A stretch of DNA of 64,000 nt, from contig CAVPHD010000005.1 of NCBI GenBank assembly GCA_963704165.1, positions 96,001 to 160,000 on the forward strand, read 5' to 3'. The translations under genes and the position numbers were made by a program. How positions within the stretch are numbered: the stretch's first letter is position 1; every line of letters starts with the position of its first letter. The notes below the pieces were generated by a model. The model made no database searches. It was not told where the DNA came from and saw only the letters and a program-made list of their open reading frames with translations. This DNA comes from an uncultured delta proteobacterium. GTDB lineage: Bacteria; Myxococcota_A; UBA9160; SZUA-336. Below, piece by piece: positions 33,701 through 43,175 of this stretch.

Positions 33701-34792
33701 TCTGTCGCGCAAACGCAGACGATCTCGGCCGGCAGCCTCTCCTTCGGATCCGCGGACGTTCCCCCTCCGCCGAGCGGTCAGGCGAGCCTGTTCCGAAACG
33801 GCGATCTCGTTCTCGACGCGACGAACGGCAATCTGGAGTTCGCAAGGGGCGAGCGGCTCATCGTCGCGGGGGATCTCGACATCTCGTCGAGCAAGAAGGT
33901 CGTGCTCGCGGACACCGCCGCGCTCGATCTCGACGTGAACGGCAGTGAGATCCAGGTCCATGGCGGCTCCGTCGTCGCGGCCAATCACATCGACCTGTCC
34001 AGTCGGCCGAGCGTTCGCGGGTCCCCGAGCGCGACGTTCGCCACGCCGACCCGCGAGGAGGTCTCGGGAAACATCGCCAATGCCGACGTGGTCCTGCGCC
34101 AGTTCTCGAATCGGCCGACCCAGCTCACGCAGTCCGACCTGGCCGCTGGGATCTTCCCGACGGTGAACGGCCCTGCGCTCTACGATTTCGCGATCGAGGT
34201 TCCTCGACTCGGCCGCCCGGCATCGATCACGCGGCCGCGTGCGGACGTCGCGAAGCTCGCGAGCGCGCGCGAGGCACGCCCGCTCTGGGCGGACGAGTTC
34301 TTGGTGTATCTCGATGCGCAATCACGCCGCGCGCCGACCGCACGAGAACAGGGCGCGCTTCCGCCCGTGAGCGCAGGGCCGAGTTCGACGATGCGGGACG
34401 CCGGGCGCGAAGTGGCGAACCCGGCTGCGGAGCAGGCGATCGCACCCTATCGCGCGCTTTTCCGCCCCTCGACGGACGTAGACACCGAGTCAGGAATCGT
34501 TCAAGGCCACGACCGCACGCCCGAGATTCGCGAAGCCTTCGCGCGCGCGGTGGAAGCGGCCTCCTCCCGACGAGGCGGCGCCGCACCCACTGCGGCCGAG
34601 GTCGAAGCCGCGATCGAGGCGGATCCGGAGCTCGAAGATGCGCGCACCTACCGTGCCGATCTCGGTGAGCTCGTCGCTGCGGCCAACCGCGTACTCGACG
34701 CCGATCAGCGCGATCGCTTCCGAGCGCTCCTGCTCGCGCGTGTGACTCCGAAGGGAATCACTCCGACGGAGTTCGACGCGCTCATCCCGTGA
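27785..34792 (+). CDS. Filamentous-haemagglutinin-like TpsA exoprotein (2335 aa)
   Basis: Signal peptide, TPS domain (VLNRI, QIRGSLTGNGHIYIVNPAGVYF), long G/A/T/D-rich beta-helical body; 3 nt after tpsB. Confidence 0.9.
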   Translation: MKNSSRFLGLFARDALISTLVAAIALGPAATPAFAGPQGERVRRGDVSFDHVEGSSSWVIHASDGSVIEYDSLDIAIGEAVQFMQTRNGELNADARVLNRILGSAPTQIRGSLTGNGHIYIVNPAGVYFHDGATVNANAIHAAGGHLSDTDFEAGVDHYTGVTGNIENATEILARAVSLVGAEVVNSGSVIAEDGWIVIAAGNDVIIGREDAASGGRGFLLRVEGASGSVFDAAATGVTNTGTLDASAGAGGTVRIGAGDLYGTAIFSSDAIRAREIALAAGNRGDVALAGEVSAEKLDVSFTGSTATGALRTAGAANETVTVRADELKLSATGNSSAQIRVGDEFAFRSKDDAALGPDSVALEQTATIASSALGALDIGTAAAGTPRSFALRSTAGDVVIDDKTVVAGSHLALAGALADIRGTDALDVASLAVTGATPLSGGDATSEGDLVASAGGISVTGNLQLVTKPTANNAPAIEMLVSAHDGTLDVDGNLSTSAGGPLRIEARNVDVGSTTEVGQAVGGAIRTSGDVTIGFTDSGGAQQTQTVKARTIDTRGASGVQGGNVGVAAIGDVAIGSVATNGGAARSASQPNFDGGSVSLRTDGKLAVGAITTGGAGTAGRAAIDLAGGTVVLTGALDATGGQVGNADHARDRAVSIEADEIRLGAGAVTVAGSDVDLGGAIRGIDVVPATDPPTTLRSDLAIRASGATRLHSTADVRSLSIASAGTSVVLGGDVTADTTVAIAFDTAGLGTISNAGAPVTVSANRVELAASNSSASNGRSAQVALGDGIDFELAPIAATEDTAEKVAALVLDQDGAIDSTTVSRLADAARPDTDPVPDLRLELRSNDAVTLDATARADVSGTDLLIDSRSFSATGATQAASDFELSSLDLSTQDALDVDFGVTAESVRLAGGSSGVGDLTLGSELRADTIALVAGDDTGGGGDDARVVIDPSASLRSLSSPSARPTRVDLIQDAALDSADLPDIDVFGGSVAGLDYRLESRDAAITLSEGTSAKFAGSALDLRGRTGVNLGSEELSLTSLTAETPAGLVVTQRIEATGPDGKIRLRAGSDGTGNLDIGARLAANTIELIAGSGNGTDATSRIVLQGGARFSAASGDARPDEFSFEQDAAIGTSTSSGSGTALPDLAVFGGSIDGMAYALRSKGAGVRIDDASAVNGARLTLEADTGIDINADLSVSALDLASDATLSGNIASTGDVTSRGRLTLDGAGDHADQSVSAGVGILSASGAITKSGAGAVSLSGRQVTVASVTTGRTGDSLTISAEESVTAGILDASGTTGSAGGDVSVHAGSGATPGAVTIASITTRGGSGPVSTTAPEDGGDGGNVAVIGSAIAIGSVNSSGGAASAIATRESDTDPEISRQGGDAGTIDLTAGEITLNGNLDARGGSGASNVPELVAGLSGGEADVRVHGSVLLAANSATGGANSIYGDHVVVDGAVSRAAVRGAGETALVVVAKSALAFGGNLSADRIDLELATGDLDLAATGSSQISANTIRLAATDGNGGSVTSEVILTGLLLENEAGTATPSSLTIEQDRSIGSGGSPLPEMGGTDRAIALISHDGAIAIQAADVAPGTKLTLAANGVAGTTGPAVHVAGDLDVAGLTIGAVSSNGDRVDGDAFVAGDLAVGGTGFLSHADLVDVSGGAAIDGPARFAGEGDQVLRVGAGETLALGGLLTSKSTAGKLTLDADTIRLTALESQTIENQAGQLEIGSANLAGIVKGDFDGSGNPVRAASPAGLTLRGSAEAGQGPAVRVNGTREIDGDPLADGRDYAIAVADGDLTIDARLIETDTTPEGAFATWSLDGDVLAFGDVTLLGRGELEAGREDYVLTARRAGDTPSTSRGGELRVMGVAATDGNLVLRAEGDPPSELRPNPTALRIGGEFDVAHDLTLEGTTETASDAVFRVGGDVVFESQVRGRGGLSIVSGGVTDFRDDVALDGSALSAAARGGIQFGSVAQTQTISAGSLSFGSADVPPPPSGQASLFRNGDLVLDATNGNLEFARGERLIVAGDLDISSSKKVVLADTAALDLDVNGSEIQVHGGSVVAANHIDLSSRPSVRGSPSATFATPTREEVSGNIANADVVLRQFSNRPTQLTQSDLAAGIFPTVNGPALYDFAIEVPRLGRPASITRPRADVAKLASAREARPLWADEFLVYLDAQSRRAPTAREQGALPPVSAGPSSTMRDAGREVANPAAEQAIAPYRALFRPSTDVDTESGIVQGHDRTPEIREAFARAVEAASSRRGGAAPTAAEVEAAIEADPELEDARTYRADLGELVAAANRVLDADQRDRFRALLLARVTPKGITPTEFDALIP

Positions 34793-34807
34793 GCGCGAAC
34801 CCGAGCG

Positions 34808-35665
34808 CTACTGGACCTGTTGCGGACACGACGGATTCGGATCCGTCACGCAGCTCTTCGGCAGGACGCGTGGGCCGTACAGGGGCAGATTCGCGAGCTG
34901 ATCGAGCTCGAGCTCCGCGCTGTCGCGAAGCTCCTCCTCGGGTCCGAGCTCGAGAGCGCGGCGCAGCGTGCTCTCCGCTTCGCCGAACCGCTGCAGGCGA
35001 GCTAGCGCGACTCCGAGATGAACCATGGTGCGCGCGCGGTCCCTGTGACTCGGGTACTGCGTGAGGGCCGCCCGGTAGCGGCGCACCGCGGAGTGCCATT
35101 CGTGCTGGGAGAAGTAGAAGTCACCGATGTCGATGGACTGCCGAGCGAGGCGATCCTCGGCCTCGGCGAGGCGCACGCGCGCATCACCGGCCATATCGGA
35201 GCTCGGGAAGCGCTCGAGCAGCGCGCGGAACTGGGCGACGGCCTCGCGCGTCGGCGCCTGGTCGCGATTCGACGTGCGCATCTGGTTGTACGAGCACAAA
35301 CCATTCCGGTAGAGCGCGTACGCCACCTTCGGGTGATTGGGGTGTAGCTCGACGAAGTCGTGGTAGTAGCTCGACGCTTCCTCGTAGGCCTCTCGCTCGA
35401 AGTGGATGTCGGCGATCGCGAGCTCGGAGAGCAGCGAGTATTCGCTGTACGGGTAGTTGTCGATCACTTCCTGAAACGACTCGATCGCCTTTGGGTAGTC
35501 GACGTCGTGGAAGAACAGGAAGACGCGACGTCCCTCGAGGGTTTTCAGGCCGCGTTGGTAGTAGGATTCGGCGGACGGGAGCTCTTCATCGGGCGGCGCA
35601 GTTGCGCAGGCGCAAAGAAGGGCGATCGTCAGGACGGTGATTCCGCGCGCCGCTTTCTCGAGCAC
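34808..35665 (-). CDS. bamD: Outer membrane protein assembly factor BamD
   Basis: Lipobox LLCAC, TPR pattern YPYSEY, FVELHPNHP, RDQAPTREA, IGDFY; start uncertain (GTG 35665). Confidence 0.88.
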   Translation of the reverse strand: MLEKAARGITVLTIALLCACATAPPDEELPSAESYYQRGLKTLEGRRVFLFFHDVDYPKAIESFQEVIDNYPYSEYSLLSELAIADIHFEREAYEEASSYYHDFVELHPNHPKVAYALYRNGLCSYNQMRTSNRDQAPTREAVAQFRALLERFPSSDMAGDARVRLAEAEDRLARQSIDIGDFYFSQHEWHSAVRRYRAALTQYPSHRDRARTMVHLGVALARLQRFGEAESTLRRALELGPEEELRDSAELELDQLANLPLYGPRVLPKSCVTDPNPSCPQQVQ

Positions 35666-35788
35666 CCCGGCTCGAGGCTCGCGGGTTTCTGTAAGTGTCC
35701 GGTTTTTCACGGATTTTGCACAGTAAACGGGGATCCCAGCGCTGTCAACGCAGGCACCCCCCAAGCCGACTCGAGAAGAGGACGAACG

Positions 35789-36061
35789 ATGCCATCCAAG
35801 GATCAGACGACCGACATCCGCCTGGCCGAGCGCCAACTGCGCCGACAGGGCGCGGTCCAGGGCGGCGCGCCCGACCGCTCGGGACTCGCCGACCTGACCG
35901 GCCAGCTCGAGGTTCCGACGCAGGAGGATCTCGACAAGCTGCGAGCCGACCTGATCAGCGAGGGCGAGGCACGCAATCGCCGCATCGAGCGATTCGTCCG
36001 GGAAGGCCCGCTGAAGCCCGTACCTCGTGTGGTGGTGCCCGTTTCGGAGAACGATCTCTAG
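35789..36061 (+). CDS. Small hypothetical protein (90 aa)
   Basis: AGAGGA RBS then ATG; fills the gap between the divergent promoter region and the next gene. Confidence 0.65.
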   Translation: MPSKDQTTDIRLAERQLRRQGAVQGGAPDRSGLADLTGQLEVPTQEDLDKLRADLISEGEARNRRIERFVREGPLKPVPRVVVPVSENDL

Positions 36062-36077
36062 AGCCGGAGACGGCTTC

Positions 36078-36707
36078 GTGATCAAGGAACGCCTCGGATC
36101 GGACGTCGACGCGGTCGTGTACCGCCTCTTTCCGTTCGTCCGCTCGCTGCGCATCCATCCCGACACGCTGACTCTGACGGGAGCCGCGGTCTCGCTGCTC
36201 GCGGCATGGGCCTTCGCGGAGGAGCAGCGCTTCGTCGCAGGTCTCGCGCTGATGGTCGCAGGCTTCTTCGACCTGATCGATGGGGTGGTCGCCCGGCAGC
36301 AGGGTCTCTCGTCGAGCGCGGGGGCCTTCTTCGATTCGTCGATCGATCGCCTCTCCGACCTGGTGGTCTTCGGCGGTATCGCCGTTGCGCGCGCTGCCGC
36401 AGGTGATGCCGCCGGGACGGTTCTCGTGATGTGGGCGATCACGGCGACCGTGATGACGAGCTATACGCGGGCCTCGGCCGAGAAACGCCTGCACACGCTG
36501 AAAGTCGGAATGATGGAGCGTGGCGAGCGCTTCGGCGTACTGATCCTCGGTGCGCTCACCGGCTTCGTGATGACCGCGGTCGTCGTGATCGCGATCGGTG
36601 CGACCATCACCTCGGTGCAGCGGGTGCTTGCCGGACGCCGACTCCTCCATGAGCTCGATGCGACCGGAGTGGACCCGACAAGAGAGGAGGCGGCGAGTGG
36701 CGGGTGA
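36078..36707 (+). CDS. CDP-alcohol phosphatidyltransferase
   Basis: DLIDGVVAR..GAFFDSSIDRLSD signature; PDTLT; SYTRASAE..GMMERGER. Confidence 0.92.
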   Translation: MIKERLGSDVDAVVYRLFPFVRSLRIHPDTLTLTGAAVSLLAAWAFAEEQRFVAGLALMVAGFFDLIDGVVARQQGLSSSAGAFFDSSIDRLSDLVVFGGIAVARAAAGDAAGTVLVMWAITATVMTSYTRASAEKRLHTLKVGMMERGERFGVLILGALTGFVMTAVVVIAIGATITSVQRVLAGRRLLHELDATGVDPTREEAASGG

Positions 36708-37011
36708 GCAGGGCGGACCGCGTGGATTCAAGCTGGTCGAGGAAGCGGGCGAATCGCCGGCTTCCGAGATGAGCTTCAGCACGCTGGTGATCTCGCTGGC
36801 GAGCTCCGCGCTCGTCCATCTAGGCGTCGCACCCGAGCCCGGTGTCCCCGCGCCCGGGCCCGCGAACCTGCCCCTCGCGCAACAGACGATCGACATCCTC
36901 GAGGTTCTGAAGCAGAAAACGCGCGGGAACCTCGACGCCGACGAATCGAACCTGCTCGAGCAGGCGCTGCACGATCTGCACATGCGGTTTCTGGCTGCGC
37001 GACGGAGCTAG
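36697..37011 (+). CDS. DUF1844 family protein
   Basis: FSTLVISLASSALVHLG, AQQTIDILEVLKQKTRGNL; GGAGG RBS. Confidence 0.85.
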   Translation: MAGEQGGPRGFKLVEEAGESPASEMSFSTLVISLASSALVHLGVAPEPGVPAPGPANLPLAQQTIDILEVLKQKTRGNLDADESNLLEQALHDLHMRFLAARRS

Positions 37012-37017
37012 TCGCAG

Positions 37018-37968
<951 letters not shown>

Positions 37969-37989
37969 AGCAGCAGACAGGCCAACCCA

Positions 37990-38940
37990 ATGACCAGCAA
38001 CATCACGAAGATCTTCACCGGAAACTCCAGCCCGCATCTGGCGGCCGCGATCTGCGAACACCTCGATCTCGATCTCGGACGAGTCGAGGTCGGCACGTTC
38101 GCCGACGGCGAGACGTCCGTGGACATCGGCGAGAACGTGCGCGGCATGGACGTCTTCGTGATCCAGTCCACGTGCGCGCCCGCGAACAACAACTTGATGG
38201 AGCTGTTGATCCTGCTCGACGCGCTTCGGCGCTCGTCGGTCCGCCGTGTCACTGCCGTGATTCCCTACTACGGCTACGCGCGCCAGGATCGGAAAGTGAA
38301 GCCGCGCACCCCGATCACCGCGAAGCTCGTCGCCGATCTGATCTCCACCGCCGGGGCCGAGAGGCTGCTCTGCCTCGATCTCCACGCCGGCCAGATCCAG
38401 GGTTTCTTCAACATCCCCGTGGACAACATCTACGGCATGCCCGTCCTGCTGCAGCAGATCCGCGCACTCGTACCGTCGCGCGACGAAGTCGTCGTCGTCT
38501 CGCCGGACGCCGGTGGCGTAGAGCGCGCGCGCGCGTTCGCGAAGCGGCTCGATGCGAGCATCGCGATCGGTGACAAGCGGCGCGAGCGCAAGGACATTGC
38601 CGAGGTCACGCGCATCGTCGGCGACGTCGACGACAAGACCGCCGTCATCGTGGACGACATCGTCAGCACCGGCGGATCGATCGTGCAGACTGCCGAGGCG
38701 CTCCGCGAAGCGGGCGCGAAGCGAGTGCTCGCGGCGATCACGCACCCCGTGCTCGCCGGCGAAGCGGTCAAGCGCATCGAGGAATCCTGCATCGAACGTT
38801 TCATCACCACCGACACCATTCCGGTGAAGCAGGAAGTCCGCGACAGCGAGAAGTTCGTCATCACGACGGTCGCACACCTCCTCGGTGAAGCGATCCGACG
38901 CATCCACAATGAAGAGTCCGTGAGCTCGCTCTTCGTCTGA
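37990..38940 (+). CDS. prs: Ribose-phosphate pyrophosphokinase
   Basis: FADGE, PYYGYARQDRK, DLHAGQIQGFF, SPDAGGVERA, VDDIVSTGGS. Confidence 0.98.
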   Translation: MTSNITKIFTGNSSPHLAAAICEHLDLDLGRVEVGTFADGETSVDIGENVRGMDVFVIQSTCAPANNNLMELLILLDALRRSSVRRVTAVIPYYGYARQDRKVKPRTPITAKLVADLISTAGAERLLCLDLHAGQIQGFFNIPVDNIYGMPVLLQQIRALVPSRDEVVVVSPDAGGVERARAFAKRLDASIAIGDKRRERKDIAEVTRIVGDVDDKTAVIVDDIVSTGGSIVQTAEALREAGAKRVLAAITHPVLAGEAVKRIEESCIERFITTDTIPVKQEVRDSEKFVITTVAHLLGEAIRRIHNEESVSSLFV

Positions 38941-38961
38941 GTTCGAGCGGAGGGAACCGAT

Positions 38962-39636
38962 ATGTCGATCGAAAGACTCGAGCTCGAAGTGAGCCTGCGC
39001 GACGGACGCGGCAAGAGCGTCACCCGGAAGCTGCGTGCCGCCGGCCGGATTCCCGCCGTGGTCTACGGAAGCGGAATCGCACCGACGGCGATCGAGGTCG
39101 AAAGCCAGGCCCTCGCCAAGGTCCTGCGCGGCGGGGTCAACGCGCTCGTCGATCTGAAGGGCGCGAAGGGCATCGAGGGCAAGCCCGTGCTCGTGAAGGA
39201 AGTTCAGCGCGATCCGCTCTCGCGCCGAGTCGTCCATTGCGACCTCTACGCCGTCAATCTGCAAGCGCGTCTCGACGTCGAGGTTCCCCTTCACTTCATC
39301 GGAATTCCGCGCGGCGTCGCGCTCGACGGTGGCGTGCTCGAGCCGGTCATCCGCGCGCTCGAAGTCTCGTGCATGCCGCTCGCGATTCCGGAGTCGATCG
39401 AGATCGATGTCTCGGATCTCGGCATCGGTGACGCGATCCACGTACGGGACCTCGTGCTTCCCGCCGACGTCGTCTGCAAGACCGACCTCGACATGACGGT
39501 CACGCACGTCGTTGCGCCGAGACTCGAAGAGGTCGCCGCTCCCGTCGCCGCCGAGGGCGTGCCCGCCGAAGGCGCGGCCGCTGCGACCCCCGAGGGCGCT
39601 GCGCCGGCCGCAGGCGCCGCGAAGTCCGGGGAGTAA
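38962..39636 (+). CDS. rplY: 50S ribosomal protein L25/Ctc
   Basis: RKLRAAGRIPAVVYG, VKEVQRDP, IPESIEIDVSDLGIGD. Confidence 0.96.
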   Translation: MSIERLELEVSLRDGRGKSVTRKLRAAGRIPAVVYGSGIAPTAIEVESQALAKVLRGGVNALVDLKGAKGIEGKPVLVKEVQRDPLSRRVVHCDLYAVNLQARLDVEVPLHFIGIPRGVALDGGVLEPVIRALEVSCMPLAIPESIEIDVSDLGIGDAIHVRDLVLPADVVCKTDLDMTVTHVVAPRLEEVAAPVAAEGVPAEGAAAATPEGAAPAAGAAKSGE

Positions 39637-39653
39637 GCGCAGGCAGACGCACG

Positions 39654-40247
39654 ATGCTGCTCTTCGTCGGGCTCGGGAATCCCGGGCCTCGTTACGCCGA
39701 GACGCCGCACAATGCCGGATTCGCCGTCTGCGACCGCCTGATTGCGAAGCACCGCTTCCCGTCGGCCAACGAGAAGTTCGAGGGGCTCTTCACGCGCGGA
39801 AAGATGTCCGGACACGACCTCGGCGTCCTGAAGCCGCAGACGTTCATGAATCTCTCGGGGCAGTCCGTCGGCGCAGCCCTTCGCTACTTGCCGGTCGAGC
39901 TCTCGGATCTGGTGGTCGTCGTCGACGAGATGGACATCCCCGGCGGAAAGCTCCGCCTCCGTCGCTCGGGGGGGCACGGCGGCCACAACGGCCTCAGGTC
40001 GATCATCGAGCAGCTCGGATCGTCCGACTTTCCGCGCATTCGCGTCGGGATCGGCCGCCCACCCGCGGGCCGGGAGCCGACCGGTCACCTGCTCTCGAAG
40101 GTCCAGGCCGAGGAGCGCGATCGCTACTCGGCCACGATCGATCTCGCCGTCGCGGCGCTCGAGATGGTGGCGGGTCAGGGCTTCGAGGCGGCGATGAATC
40201 ACTTCAACGGGCTGCCCCCCGTCGGCCCCCCCACCACGCCGCCATGA
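39654..40247 (+). CDS. pth: Peptidyl-tRNA hydrolase
   Basis: VGLGNPG, HNAGF, KPQTFMNLSG, GGHNGLRSI, RIRVGIGRP. Confidence 0.97.
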   Translation: MLLFVGLGNPGPRYAETPHNAGFAVCDRLIAKHRFPSANEKFEGLFTRGKMSGHDLGVLKPQTFMNLSGQSVGAALRYLPVELSDLVVVVDEMDIPGGKLRLRRSGGHGGHNGLRSIIEQLGSSDFPRIRVGIGRPPAGREPTGHLLSKVQAEERDRYSATIDLAVAALEMVAGQGFEAAMNHFNGLPPVGPPTTPP

Positions 40248-40353
40248 ACACCGGCGCCGTCCAGCGTGCCGATCGGACGGCCGCCCCGAGGTGCGCCCGA
40301 TGCCCGGTGGCATCGCGGAGCGCATCGGACTAGACTGCGCCCGCCGAACGGCA

Positions 40354-40402
40354 CCTTCCTTGGTCCCGGTACCGCCGGGGCCCGACGCCACGAGGAGAGG
40401 AC
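40354..40402 (+). promoter_or_regulatory. Putative S6:S18 autoregulatory ribosomal leader
   Basis: CCTTCCTTG pairs with the SD-containing CGAGGAGAGG; inner hairpin GTCCCGG/CCGGGGC followed by unpaired CCG; directly upstream of the rpsF GTG. Confidence 0.65.
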
Positions 40403-40882
40403 GTGCGAGAGTACGAGTTCGTCTACGTGATCCAGCCCGACGCGACCCCCGAGCGCGAGGCGGAGATCCACCAGCGCATCGACCAGGTCGTCGCCGACCA
40501 GAATGGGCGCTTCCTGCTGCGCGACGATTGGGGCAAGCGCCGGCTCGCCTACGAGATCAAGAAGTTCCAGAAGGGCCACTACTTCCAGGTGAACTTCCTC
40601 GGAGTCGGGAAGGAGATCGCCGAGATCGAACGCCTCATGCGGATCGACGCCGACATCCTTCGCTACCTGTCCGTGCTCGCGAACGAGGATGTGGCGGACG
40701 TCGAGACGCGCGTGGTCGAGGCCGCGAAGCAGGCTGCCGAACAGGCGCAGCGCCGCGCGGAACGCGAGGCCGAGCGGGCAGCGCGCGAGGAACGGGACAA
40801 GGAGCGCGAGCGCGGCCCTGCCGGCGGCGACGACGACGACGACGAGCCGCGGTATCGCGCCGACGACGAGGACGAGGAGTAA
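40403..40882 (+). CDS. rpsF: 30S ribosomal protein S6
   Basis: REYEFVYVIQP, WGKRRLAYEIKK, ILRYL; charged C-terminal extension. Confidence 0.96.
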   Translation: MREYEFVYVIQPDATPEREAEIHQRIDQVVADQNGRFLLRDDWGKRRLAYEIKKFQKGHYFQVNFLGVGKEIAEIERLMRIDADILRYLSVLANEDVADVETRVVEAAKQAAEQAQRRAEREAERAAREERDKERERGPAGGDDDDDEPRYRADDEDEE

Positions 40883-40888
40883 GAGATC

Positions 40889-41164
40889 ATGGTCGACATC
40901 ATTGCCAAGAGGCCGGCGAAGAAGCGCCGACGCGCCGGGCGCAAGATGTTCTCGCGCCACAAAGTCTGCCGGTTCTGCGCGGACAAAGAGATCGACATCG
41001 ACTACAAGGATGCGAAGACGCTGCGGATCTTCATCACCGAGCGCTGCAAGATCATTCCCCGCCGGATCAGCGGGAACTGCGCCAAGCACCAGCGCAGGCT
41101 GACCACCGCCGTCAAGCGCGCCCGGCATCTGGCGCTGATTCCGTACACGACGGCGCACGTCTAG
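40889..41164 (+). CDS. rpsR: 30S ribosomal protein S18 (Zn-binding form)
   Basis: [38 protein letters not shown]. Confidence 0.97.
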   Translation: MVDIIAKRPAKKRRRAGRKMFSRHKVCRFCADKEIDIDYKDAKTLRIFITERCKIIPRRISGNCAKHQRRLTTAVKRARHLALIPYTTAHV

Positions 41165-41173
41165 GGAGACGCG

Positions 41174-41704
41174 ATGGCGACCATCGAGGTGATACTGACC
41201 GAGGACATCCACCGGCTCGGAAACGCGGGAGATGTCGTGCGCGTGAAGGCCGGATTCGGGCGCAACTATCTGCTTCCGCAGGGAAAGGCGATGTTGGCCA
41301 CCGCGTCGCGGGTCAAGCAGGTCGAACACCAGCGGCGCGTGATCGACGAGCTGCAGAAGAAGGCGGTCGCCGGATTCCAGGATCTCGCGCGACGCGTCCT
41401 GGCCGTCGACATGACCTTCGAGATGCAGGCGAGCCCGGAGGGAAAGCTCTTCGGCTCGGTCACGAACGCAGACGTCGCCGCGCGCCTGGCGGCCGGAGGG
41501 GTCGAGATCGAGCGTCGCAAGATCGTGATCGCCGAGCCGATCAAGGCCACCGGCGATCATGCCGTCGTCGTCCGGCTCCATCGCGAGGTGCAGACGTCGA
41601 TCGTCGTGAAGGTCGTCGCCAGCGGGGCGTCCACGGAGAGCGAGGAGTCGGAGCCCGAGGGAATGGAGACCGAAGAGCGGCGGGATTTCGGCGACGACGG
41701 CTGA
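41174..41704 (+). CDS. rplI: 50S ribosomal protein L9
   Basis: LGNAGDVVRVKAGFGRNYLLPQG, GKLFGSVT. Confidence 0.97.
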   Translation: MATIEVILTEDIHRLGNAGDVVRVKAGFGRNYLLPQGKAMLATASRVKQVEHQRRVIDELQKKAVAGFQDLARRVLAVDMTFEMQASPEGKLFGSVTNADVAARLAAGGVEIERRKIVIAEPIKATGDHAVVVRLHREVQTSIVVKVVASGASTESEESEPEGMETEERRDFGDDG

Positions 41705-41753
41705 TCCGCTCGTGTAAGATCCAAGTCGACTTGCGGCGAGGTAGGGGGGCTAC

Positions 41754-43175
41754 TTGCCGAGATCCGTAGATCCACTTCGCGCGATCCCGACGGATCACGA
41801 CGCCGAGAAGGCCGTGCTCGGCGCGATCCTTCTCGACAGTGACGCGCTCTTCAAGGTCGCGCACCGACTCGATCCGGCGGCCTTCGACCTGCCTCGACAC
41901 CGAATCGTGTACGAAGCGGTGCGCGAGCTCTCGGAGAAGCAGCAGGGCGTGACCTTGATCACGCTTCGCTCGACGCTCGAGGAGCGCGGCATGCTCGAGC
42001 AAGCCGGCGGGGCGGCGTTCCTCTCGCACCTCCTCGACGCGGTGCCCACGGCGGCGCACGTCGAGCACCATGCCGAGATCGTTCACCAGAAGTCGACGGC
42101 GCGCGCGCTGATCCGCACCTGTGAGCGGATCGCGGCGCGCGGATACGACGCGCAGGAGAGCGTCTCGCACCTGCTCGAGGATGCCGAGCGTGAGGTGCTC
42201 TCGATCGCGATGCACGGAGCGCAACGGGACTTCACCTCCATGAAGGAGGAGATGCAGAGCACGTTCGAGTACATCGAGCGCGTCCAGTCGGGGCAGATCG
42301 TCGGCGTGCGAACGGGCTTCGAGGACTTCGACGTGCTCACCGGTGGGCTCAGCGGCGGAGATCTCGCCATCCTCGCCGCGCGCCCGAGCATGGGAAAGAC
42401 CGCGCTTGCACTGAACATCGCGCGAAATCACGCGATCGACTTCAACGGCTGCGTCGCGTTCTTCTCGCTCGAAATGACCAAACGCGAGCTCGTGTTGCGG
42501 CTCCTTCTCGGCGAGGCGCAAGTAGACAACAGCCGCTTTCGGGGCGGCGTGCTCTCGGACAAGGACTGGCGCCGGCTCACGCAGGCCGCGGGCGTGCTCG
42601 AAAACGCGCGCATCATGTTCGACGACAGCATGGCGGTCACCGTTGGCGACCTTGCCGCAAAGGCGCGCAGGCTCGACCGCGAGCAGAAGCTCTCGCTGCT
42701 CGTGATCGACTATATCCAGCTCGTCTCCGGTCGCGGCAACGGCGAACGGCGCGAGCAGCAGGTGGCCGACATCAGTCGATCGCTGAAGCTGCTCGCGAAG
42801 GATCTCGACATTCCGGTGATCGCGCTCTCGCAGCTGAACCGGGGGCCCGAGAACCGCCCGGACAAGCGTCCGCAGCTCGCGGATCTGCGCGAGTCGGGTG
42901 CGATCGAGCAGGACGCGGATCTGGTGATGTTCGTCTACCGAGACGAGGTCTACGATTCCGAGAGTCCCGACGCCGGCAAGGCCGAGCTGATCATCTCCAA
43001 GCAGCGCAACGGCCCGACCGGTGCGGTGAAGCTGTACTTCGACAAGGAGCACGGCCGCTTCCGGTCGCTCTCGCACCGCACCGACGCACCGCCGCCGGAA
43101 GCGGGATTCGACTCCGGTCCGGCGGATGACTGGGGGCCGGCCAGCGGGCGCGGCGACCTGGAGCCTCCGTTCTGA
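41754..43175 (+). CDS. dnaB: Replicative DNA helicase
   Basis: AEKAVLG, AARPSMGKT, FSLEM, IDYIQL, LSQLNR, DLRESGAIEQDAD, KQRNGPTG. Confidence 0.98.
   Translation: MPRSVDPLRAIPTDHDAEKAVLGAILLDSDALFKVAHRLDPAAFDLPRHRIVYEAVRELSEKQQGVTLITLRSTLEERGMLEQAGGAAFLSHLLDAVPTAAHVEHHAEIVHQKSTARALIRTCERIAARGYDAQESVSHLLEDAEREVLSIAMHGAQRDFTSMKEEMQSTFEYIERVQSGQIVGVRTGFEDFDVLTGGLSGGDLAILAARPSMGKTALALNIARNHAIDFNGCVAFFSLEMTKRELVLRLLLGEAQVDNSRFRGGVLSDKDWRRLTQAAGVLENARIMFDDSMAVTVGDLAAKARRLDREQKLSLLVIDYIQLVSGRGNGERREQQVADISRSLKLLAKDLDIPVIALSQLNRGPENRPDKRPQLADLRESGAIEQDADLVMFVYRDEVYDSESPDAGKAELIISKQRNGPTGAVKLYFDKEHGRFRSLSHRTDAPPPEAGFDSGPADDWGPASGRGDLEPPF

Noticed and set aside
27785..34792. TpsA as a CDI toxin
   Set aside because: No pre-toxin motif and no downstream immunity ORF
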